DNA of 63,643 nucleotides, filler included. It is 5 parts of 5 records of this genome, joined end to end, with 100 filler letters (N's around TTAATTAATTAA, not from the genome) between each part and the next. Parts side by side here need not be neighbours in the genome. Positions count along the whole stretch, not along the records: positions 51,416 to 63,643 come from SRR20825010_5564; 4 more parts are not named here. One strand, 5' to 3'. The notes beneath the pieces were generated by a model that saw only the letters and a program-made list of their open reading frames with translations, did not search any database and was not told where the DNA came from. This document shows, piece after piece, positions 56,863 to 63,643 of this stretch. The stretch's first letter is position 1. Each line of letters begins with the position of its first letter. Made by a program: the position numbers and the translations under genes.

Positions 56863-59067
56863 ATGAAAACAAGAAAAATTCTGGCCATTGGCATTTTGGC
56901 ACTTTTGGCGGCGTGCAACGCCACGGAAGAAACGGCTGTGGGCAGCAACAGCGCCACAGCACAGCCGGTCTCCGCTTCAGAGGCCACGCAGTTGTCGCAG
57001 TTCTCCATCGCGAATGGCTGCTTCGGATTGCAATCGGCTTTCAGCCGCCAGTTTGTGCAACCCGCTTCGGCACGCTACGCAGCTGGCCCGGCCACCTCGG
57101 CAGAAGGCTTTACCTTGCGCCCCACCGAATTGGGCAAGTACCTGATTTACGGCAGCGACCGGCAAATGGTCACTGTTCAAGGCGATATCGTAGTGCCCAG
57201 CGCAGAACCCACCGATGCCGGCGTGTGGAACGCAAGCTTTGACAAGCAGGGCCAGTTGTTCGGTTTCACCGATTCAGCAGGCCGCTTCCTGACACTGGAT
57301 GAAAACAGCGGCCTAGTGCTTGCCACCGCCAGCAACGAGCGCACGCAATTCAAATTAATGCCCGACAGCGATTGCACCCCCTACCCCGAAATGCCCACCG
57401 GCATGGAAGGCACGCCCTACACCGGGCGTGGTGAAACGCAGCCCATCATCGGCTTTGCGGACACCCACACGCACATGGGCATGTCCAGTGAAATGTCGCT
57501 GGCTGGCGATGTAGGCCCCTCGGCCGGTGGTGTGCTGTATGGTGAGGTGGTTCACCGCTTCGGCATTCCACATGCGCTGGACAACTGTGAGGCATTTCAC
57601 GGCCCCAATGGCATTCGCGATGCCAACAACATTCTGGAAACCAACCCCACTGGCACCCACCAAACACAAGGGTGGCCCACCTTTGCGGACTGGCCACGCC
57701 GCAACTTCCTGACCCACCAGGTGATGTACCACGCTTGGGTTGAACGCGCCTGGCGTGCAGGTTTGCGCGTCATGGTGAACCATGGCACCAACATTGCGTC
57801 GCTGTGCCGCGTGGGTCAAACCTATGCGGGCAAGCCTGAAGCAGACTGCGACGACATGAGCGTGGCCACCAAACAGGTGGAATACCTTTACGACGTGCAA
57901 GACTACATTGACGCGCAATTCGGCGGCCCGGGCAAAGGCTGGTACCGAATCGTCAAATCACCTGCCGAAGCACGGCAAGTGGCCAACGAGGGAAAACTGG
58001 CAGTTGTGCTTGGCATCGAAGTGGCGCAAGTATTTAACTGCGGCGTTACCTTCTTGCCCGATGGCAGTGAAGTGCGCAAATGCGACCAAACCCAGATTGA
58101 TCAGGAAATCGAAAAACTGTGGGCGCTTGGCGCACGCCATGTGTACCCCTTCCATGACATTGACAGCTCGCTGGGCGGTGCCGGTATTTTCAGTGGCGAC
58201 GTGATCAACTTCCTGAACTTCCTCGACACAGGCAGCTTCTGGAAAACCACCGAGTGCCGCGAATTCCCCGCCAACGAGCCCTCGGTTCGCGAGCCCGGTA
58301 CCAACATGACGACCGCCGTTCCCGGTAGCAGCAGCAATGCGTTGACCAAAATGCTGCTGGAAGCCGTGGGTGGCGTCACGCCGCTGTACCCCGATGGCAA
58401 ACGCTGCAATGCGCGCACCGTGACCGACCTGGGTATGTATGCGTTGAAAGCATTGATGGAAAAAGGCTTTGTCATCGACATTGACCACGCTGCTTACCAC
58501 AGCAAGGACCTGATGCTGAACCTGGCGGAAACCATGAACCCGCCCTACCCCATGGCTTCGTCACACGACGCACATGGCGGCTTGACCAGCGACCAGGCCA
58601 TTCGCATGCTGAAACACGGTGGCGTGATTTACCCCTACAAGGGCAACGGCATCAAGCACGTGGAATTTCTTGAGAAGCTGAAGTTCTGGCGCAACAAAGC
58701 CGGTGTAAACGATTCAGTATTGGGCCTGGGCTACGGGGCAGATGCAAATGGCTTTGGTGGGCACCCCGGCCCACGCGGCGGCGACAGCGAACCTGTGCAA
58801 TATCCATTCACCCTGTTCAGGGGCGACGACTGGGGTTCGCGCTACCAATCACTTCCACCCATGAAAGTAAACCTGCTAACCATTCCGGAAAGCGGCAAGT
58901 TCTGGCACATCGACGAAGTGGGCATGGCCCATTACGGCCTGGTGGCCGACTTTGTTGAAGAAGTTCGGCTGGAAGGCGGCGGTGAAGCGCTGGATGCGCT
59001 GTACAACAGCGCCGAAGTTTACGTGCGGATGTGGGAAAACGTGTACTACCGAAACAACCCGAAATGA
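56863..59067 (+). CDS. Lipoprotein amidohydrolase (peptidase M19 / sphingolipid ceramide N-deacylase-like) with N-terminal beta-trefoil-like region
   Basis: Lipobox LAAC, ADTHTH, ERAWRAGLR, GKLAVVLGIE, IDIDH, SSH, GADANG. Confidence 0.75.
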   Translation: MKTRKILAIGILALLAACNATEETAVGSNSATAQPVSASEATQLSQFSIANGCFGLQSAFSRQFVQPASARYAAGPATSAEGFTLRPTELGKYLIYGSDRQMVTVQGDIVVPSAEPTDAGVWNASFDKQGQLFGFTDSAGRFLTLDENSGLVLATASNERTQFKLMPDSDCTPYPEMPTGMEGTPYTGRGETQPIIGFADTHTHMGMSSEMSLAGDVGPSAGGVLYGEVVHRFGIPHALDNCEAFHGPNGIRDANNILETNPTGTHQTQGWPTFADWPRRNFLTHQVMYHAWVERAWRAGLRVMVNHGTNIASLCRVGQTYAGKPEADCDDMSVATKQVEYLYDVQDYIDAQFGGPGKGWYRIVKSPAEARQVANEGKLAVVLGIEVAQVFNCGVTFLPDGSEVRKCDQTQIDQEIEKLWALGARHVYPFHDIDSSLGGAGIFSGDVINFLNFLDTGSFWKTTECREFPANEPSVREPGTNMTTAVPGSSSNALTKMLLEAVGGVTPLYPDGKRCNARTVTDLGMYALKALMEKGFVIDIDHAAYHSKDLMLNLAETMNPPYPMASSHDAHGGLTSDQAIRMLKHGGVIYPYKGNGIKHVEFLEKLKFWRNKAGVNDSVLGLGYGADANGFGGHPGPRGGDSEPVQYPFTLFRGDDWGSRYQSLPPMKVNLLTIPESGKFWHIDEVGMAHYGLVADFVEEVRLEGGGEALDALYNSAEVYVRMWENVYYRNNPK

Positions 59068-60488
59068 AATATGTTTTGACAGGTGCAGGGCTGCTGCTGG
59101 CAGCACCTGCATCGGCATGGGCGCACGCATTCGGTGAACCGGTGCAATTGCCCATGCCCTACGGGCTGTACATTCTGGGTTCGGTTGCGGCACTGGTATT
59201 GTCATTTCTTTTGCTGGCTGTTGCAGGTCGATATTCCACGTACCTGCATGCGCATCGACAACTGCCATTTCCGGCGTGGCCCGGTGCCTGGGTGCATGTT
59301 GCACGCGCAAGCGGCTCACTGATTTGGCTGGTCGCACTGGTGTTTTGTGTGCTTACCGGCCTGCTGGGCAGCAACGACAGCCACCGCAATTTCAACATGA
59401 CCTTTTTCTGGATCGTGTTCATGCTGGGCGGGGCCTACAGCGCCATGTTGATTGGCGATTGGTACAAGCACCAACACCCCTGGCGTTTTCTGTTGCCAAA
59501 AAATTGGGCAGGGCTGTTCCGCTACCCGCGCTGGCTGGGCCATTGGCCAGCACTGCTTCAACTTGCAACGCTGGTGGCGGTGGAACTGTTTTTTCACAGC
59601 ACGCCGCGCAAGCTTGCCTTGCTGTTAATTGCGCTTGCTGTGCTAAATCTGGGTGGCATGGTGTTGTGGGGCACGCGCCGCTGGTTGCAGCGTGGCGAAC
59701 CCTTTGCTGTGCTGTTTAGAATTTTTGCGGCTTGCGCGCCGTTGCGCAGAATGGCGTGTGCCGATGGCCACTACCGCTGGCGAATTACCCTGCCGTTTTC
59801 AGACCTGCGCCGCCTGCGCTTGTGGCACCCGGCGCAATGCATGTTCGTGCTGTTTTTGCTGTCGTCCACCGCTTTTGATGGCCTTCGCGAAACGCAGCTG
59901 TATTTCAACCTTTTCTGGCAAGACCCTTTCGGCATTTTAACCACCGCCTTTGGCCAACACCCCTTGAAAATTTATCCGCAGGTGCGCCCGTTTTTTGTGG
60001 TGTGGGAAATTGTACTGTTGATCATTTCACCGCTGTTTTACCTGCTGTTGTTCATGGCGTTTCTGGCACTGGGGCGTTTAATCACAGGCGGCGGGCAAAG
60101 CATGGGCCTGTTGATACGCCGCTACCTGCCAAGCCTGGTGCCCATTGCCGTGGTGTACCACGTGACCCACTACTACACTGTGCTGTTCAGCCAGGGGTTA
60201 AAAATTCGGGGCTTGGTATCGGATCCCTTCGGCTGGGGCTGGAATGTGTTTGGCACGGCCATCACAGGAAGACTGCCCTGGTTGCCCGACATGGCCAACA
60301 TCTGGAGCAGCCAGGTCATTCTGATTTTGGTTGGCCACATTGCGGCCGTGTGGCTTGCCCATCAAGAGGCGTTGAAACTTGAACGCACCACCGGGCGCGC
60401 CACACTAAGCCAGTTGCCCATGCTGGTGTTGATGGTGGTGTTCACCAGCGTGGGGCTGTGGGTGCTTGCGCAACCACTGCAAGGCTAA
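59064..60488 (+). CDS. Polytopic membrane protein (resembles 'fenitrothion hydrolase' FedB-like family)
   Basis: AHAFG...LP.P..LY..G, STAFDG, LVPIAVVYHVTHY, SDPFGWGW, GHIAAV, SQLPML; ATGA overlap with the upstream gene. Confidence 0.7.
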   Translation: MKYVLTGAGLLLAAPASAWAHAFGEPVQLPMPYGLYILGSVAALVLSFLLLAVAGRYSTYLHAHRQLPFPAWPGAWVHVARASGSLIWLVALVFCVLTGLLGSNDSHRNFNMTFFWIVFMLGGAYSAMLIGDWYKHQHPWRFLLPKNWAGLFRYPRWLGHWPALLQLATLVAVELFFHSTPRKLALLLIALAVLNLGGMVLWGTRRWLQRGEPFAVLFRIFAACAPLRRMACADGHYRWRITLPFSDLRRLRLWHPAQCMFVLFLLSSTAFDGLRETQLYFNLFWQDPFGILTTAFGQHPLKIYPQVRPFFVVWEIVLLIISPLFYLLLFMAFLALGRLITGGGQSMGLLIRRYLPSLVPIAVVYHVTHYYTVLFSQGLKIRGLVSDPFGWGWNVFGTAITGRLPWLPDMANIWSSQVILILVGHIAAVWLAHQEALKLERTTGRATLSQLPMLVLMVVFTSVGLWVLAQPLQG

Positions 60489-60494
60489 GGAAAA

Positions 60495-61148
60495 TTAACC
60501 CGGCATTTTGGTGGTTCGCAGGTATGGCAGTTTGATGTCAATGTTGCCGTACTTTGCCTTGGCTTGTTCGTCATTCAGTGACAAAGCCACAATCACATCT
60601 TCACCGGGGGTCCAGTTGGCCGGGGTGGCTATCGGTTTTCCCCACGTGGCTTGAAGCGCGTCCAGCGCACGCAACACCTCCGCAAAATTGCGGCCGATTG
60701 TCATAGGGTAGGTCATGGACAACTGCATTTTTTTGTCCGGGCTGAAAATGAACACCACACGAACACTTGCAGAATCTGCAGCAGTTCGGCCATCGGGCAA
60801 ATACGCATTGGCAGGCAACATGTCCAAAGCCTTGGACACCTCAAGCGATTTGTCGGCGATGATCGGGAAGGATGGGTTTGCACCCGAAAATTTCTCGATG
60901 TCGCCCTTCCACCTTTCGTGCTCTGCGACACCATCCACCGACAAACCAATCACTTTCGTGCCGCGCTTTTTCCACTCTTCGCTCAGCTTGGCAACTGCGC
61001 CAAATTCAGTCGTACACACGGGCGTGAAATCTTTGGGGTGACTGAACAAAATGGTCCAGTTATCACCAATGAAATCGTGCAGCATGAAATTGCCCTGATC
61101 GGTTTCAAGACTCAGATTGGGTACCACGTCATTAATTCTCAAACCCAT
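60495..61148 (-). CDS. 1-Cys peroxiredoxin (Prx6)
   Basis: FSHPKDFTPVCTTE, YPMTIGRNF, ATPANW. Confidence 0.93.
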   Translation of the reverse strand: MGLRINDVVPNLSLETDQGNFMLHDFIGDNWTILFSHPKDFTPVCTTEFGAVAKLSEEWKKRGTKVIGLSVDGVAEHERWKGDIEKFSGANPSFPIIADKSLEVSKALDMLPANAYLPDGRTAADSASVRVVFIFSPDKKMQLSMTYPMTIGRNFAEVLRALDALQATWGKPIATPANWTPGEDVIVALSLNDEQAKAKYGNIDIKLPYLRTTKMPG

Positions 61149-61178
61149 TTCGCGCTCCTTTAAAAGTGGTGACAGGGA

Positions 61179-62861
61179 CTAGCCACCAAAGCCAGTCAAC
61201 AATGCATCGGTCAGTTGATGCAACCCCCCCAAGGGTACTCGCTTCTTCGGAGTCAATCCATCCGAAAACCCCATTGCACGAAAACGATCCAGCAAACGAT
61301 TGTCTTTGGACACAATGAACACCGGGACATCCCACGGCGTTGGTTCGCGCGACACGCTGCCCGTGGGTTGGTGGTCGCCGATCATGACATACACGGTTTC
61401 GCGCGGTTCGGGCTGCGTGAAATACCCAGCCAACCAGGTATTGGTGTAGTTGATGGTGCGCAAATAATCAGGCTTCATGTATTCCCAATTCACGGGCTCA
61501 GCCTGTGCACGCGCAGCAGCCTGGGCATCGAAAGGTTGCGGGCCCAACAGCTTGCGCCAATCGGGTTGGTAAGGCGGCACCTGGTGAAACGGAAAATGAC
61601 TTGAAATGGTTGGAAAGAACGTGAACCTGGGCTTGGCAGAGGCATCGCGCGGATAAAGTTGTTCAACACGCGCGGCGGCGAATTGGTCGGGAATTTTCCA
61701 GAATCCAAATGCCGGGCCTTCATAACCCAGGGCCGGGCCATTGATGTACTTGTCAAAACTGTAATACTCGCGCTCCACCCACTCCCAATTCACGGAATGG
61801 TACAAACCAAACGTTTCATATCCATCACGTTCAAACACATCGAGCAGGGTCGGTCGCGTGGTAGTCAGCAACACATCGTGCTTGCGTGAATCTTTCAAAT
61901 CAATGCCCGACAACACCGACAAATGTGCCAAATCACTTGCCCCGCCAATGGTTGGCGACACATAGAAAGCGGACACCACCTTGCGCCCGCTGGCCAGAAT
62001 GGCTTTCTCCAGTTCAGCGCGCGTTTGTGCCACTGCGCGTGATGAATCGGCCTGGTCATACAACACCGCGCCGTAGGTTTCGAGAAATATCATGCTGACA
62101 TCGCGGTTGTTCAAGCCGCCCAGCAATTCACTTGCTGGTTTGGCCAGCGCATCATCCACCACGGTTGTGGGTGGCAACAACCTTGCCGCGCGCTCGGGCA
62201 CCAGAATGTCGCGAAGCTTCATCGCTTCTTTCCAGTACACGGGTACCACTGCTTTTGACACAAAAGTGGGCTCGTCAGGATTTTCGGAATAATTCAACAC
62301 CACCACTGTGCCCAGCAACAACAAGCCACTCCACAACCAAGTGGTTCTGGCAGGCTGGTGTACCGCATCGGCCACCACACGCATGGCCATCACCAGCAGT
62401 TGGTGATAAGCCCACAACGCTGCAACTGCAAGCAGTGCGACCAACGCGGTCAGCCACACCGGCAAACCCTGCACAGTGACCCACAGGAATCGAGGCAACT
62501 CGGGCATGTCCCAATACAGGTTGACGGGGCGCCCCAACAAATTCGGTACCACCACGTCGGCGTAATGTCCAATTGCCAACAGCAGGTACATTGCGGAAAA
62601 AACGCCCAGAACTTTCAACGATGGTTTGCCGAACAACGCCGCCCAAGCTGACAACAGCATCAACAAACACACGAACTCTGGCGAAATTCCGGCATCGGGC
62701 AGCACATACACGGTGGGCCAGATCGCAGAAAAACACAGCGTGGAATTCAGAAAGATCAAGGCCAATGCCATGCGCGCAGCAAGCTGCCAACCCGAAACTT
62801 CCGGGCGCTGGCTTGCAGTTAATTTTCCGCTGCGGGGCAGCGCGATATCCGATGAACTCAT
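61179..62861 (-). CDS. Membrane-anchored sulfatase/alkaline-phosphatase-superfamily protein
   Basis: N-terminal TMs, FLETYG, SPTIGGASDLAH, SSHFP, GDHQP; ATG 62861. Confidence 0.72.
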   Translation of the reverse strand: MSSSDIALPRSGKLTASQRPEVSGWQLAARMALALIFLNSTLCFSAIWPTVYVLPDAGISPEFVCLLMLLSAWAALFGKPSLKVLGVFSAMYLLLAIGHYADVVVPNLLGRPVNLYWDMPELPRFLWVTVQGLPVWLTALVALLAVAALWAYHQLLVMAMRVVADAVHQPARTTWLWSGLLLLGTVVVLNYSENPDEPTFVSKAVVPVYWKEAMKLRDILVPERAARLLPPTTVVDDALAKPASELLGGLNNRDVSMIFLETYGAVLYDQADSSRAVAQTRAELEKAILASGRKVVSAFYVSPTIGGASDLAHLSVLSGIDLKDSRKHDVLLTTTRPTLLDVFERDGYETFGLYHSVNWEWVEREYYSFDKYINGPALGYEGPAFGFWKIPDQFAAARVEQLYPRDASAKPRFTFFPTISSHFPFHQVPPYQPDWRKLLGPQPFDAQAAARAQAEPVNWEYMKPDYLRTINYTNTWLAGYFTQPEPRETVYVMIGDHQPTGSVSREPTPWDVPVFIVSKDNRLLDRFRAMGFSDGLTPKKRVPLGGLHQLTDALLTGFGG

Positions 62862-62895
62862 GGGCACTTCACACAAAAAATAAATCAATAAAAAA

Positions 62896-63643
62896 TCAGC
62901 TTGTTTCTTCCACCCTTTGCAGGATTGGCCGGGCAGGCAGTGCACTGAGCATGGACACCACTACGGCCGCCAAAAACGGCAGGCTTTGCGACACCAGCAC
63001 CACACACCACGCCAGGTTTTCTTTTGAATCAAAACCCAGTTTGAAATACACCAGCCCAACCAAACACAACAACACAAAGGCCAAAATGGATTCATCACGG
63101 GCTGCAGCCATTGCACGCAGCAATGGGGCATGGCTTGCCATCTTGGGTGTGCGAATGAACGGTATTTTTCGACCCACAAACAAACCTGACAATGTGGCCC
63201 GGCCAATGGTGTAGCTTAAAGAAAGACCCGCCAGCGTTGCTGCCAGGGCTGTTCTGGCGTTCGTTTTAACCTGCCACAAATACAGGGTGAACAGCTTGGT
63301 AATCTTGAACACGAAAAACATGATGGGCACCACGCTGATTAACAAGGGCGGCGCATTGAAGGCTATGGGGTCAAACAGCATCAAGGCCGACCAGGCAACA
63401 GCCAGCACGGTGAACATCAAGTTGAAACCATCGGCGACCCAGGGCAACCAGCCTGAAAAGAAATGGTACCGCTGGCCTGGATTCAGCTTGTTGTTCTTGA
63501 AACCCAACAAATGGCCCGCATGCTCACGCAAAATTTGCATGGCACCGTAAGCCCAGCGGTAACGCTGTTTTTTGTAGTCCGTAAACGTATCGGGGATCAA
63601 ACCTTTGCCATAACTGTGGTCAATGTAAACTGCCTCGTGCCCG
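62896..63643 (-). CDS. GT2 glycosyltransferase, NdvB-like (5' part outside window)
   Basis: YGKGLIPDTF..KKQRYRWAYGAMQI (QxxRW), GQRYHF.GWLPWVADG, FIRTPK. Confidence 0.8.
   Translation of the reverse strand, partial: GHEAVYIDHSYGKGLIPDTFTDYKKQRYRWAYGAMQILREHAGHLLGFKNNKLNPGQRYHFFSGWLPWVADGFNLMFTVLAVAWSALMLFDPIAFNAPPLLISVVPIMFFVFKITKLFTLYLWQVKTNARTALAATLAGLSLSYTIGRATLSGLFVGRKIPFIRTPKMASHAPLLRAMAAARDESILAFVLLCLVGLVYFKLGFDSKENLAWCVVLVSQSLPFLAAVVVSMLSALPARPILQRVEETS

Noticed and set aside
56651..60488. Genomic island integrated at tRNA-Lys
   Set aside because: No integrase, no duplicate of the tRNA 3' end seen downstream, and composition similar to flanks
1..63643. CRISPR array, IS/transposase, prophage, rRNA
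   Set aside because: No regularly spaced repeats or hallmark genes seen by eye in any contig

Overview
This window is not one chromosome region. It is five unrelated contigs joined by four identical 100-bp artificial spacers (N44-TTAATTAATTAA-N44 at 26426-26525, 30787-30886, 37896-37995 and 51316-51415). Taxonomic labels below are inferred from gene content, composition and promoter style, not from a database search. (1) 1-26425, Flavobacteriaceae (Muricauda/Flagellimonas-like): partial tRNA-Leu, M20 dipeptidase, PhnA, an SQR-like flavoprotein, two BlaI/BlaR1(M56) systems (one with an ExbD-like domain, one with tandem TonB C-terminal domains), DUF4407, TamB-TamL, a membrane-anchored MutS-V protein operon, cyclase, hemW and ruvC. 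An AT-rich two-gene insert (DUF5677/HEPN-like protein plus DJ-1/PfpI) bordered by degenerate attC-like sequences also lies in this contig. (2) 26526-30786, betaproteobacterium (Limnobacter-like): AtuA, a secreted Ala-rich protein, TetR, GNAT and beta-carbonic anhydrase. (3) 30887-37895, alphaproteobacterium (Thalassospira-like): a sugar-acid catabolic cluster (TRAP, kdgD, FAH hydratase, lactonase, epimerase, two FadR regulators) with readable operators. (4) 37996-51315, alphaproteobacterium (Parvibaculum-like): PleC-like kinase, pepN, a hypothetical gene with a CtrA-like box, RND pump/MarR, serine hydrolase and an acyl-CoA dehydrogenase pair. (5) 51416-63643, Limnobacter-like: pyrF, a two-component system, phoH-ybeY, tRNA-Lys, an M19/ceramide-deacylase-like lipoprotein coupled to a membrane protein, Prx6, a sulfatase-fold protein and an NdvB-like GT2. 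I found no CRISPR array, integrase, transposase or prophage. The best leads are the attC-like cassette insert and the Ton/Exb-domain BlaR1 sensors; both rest on by-eye motif recognition and need HMM or structure confirmation.
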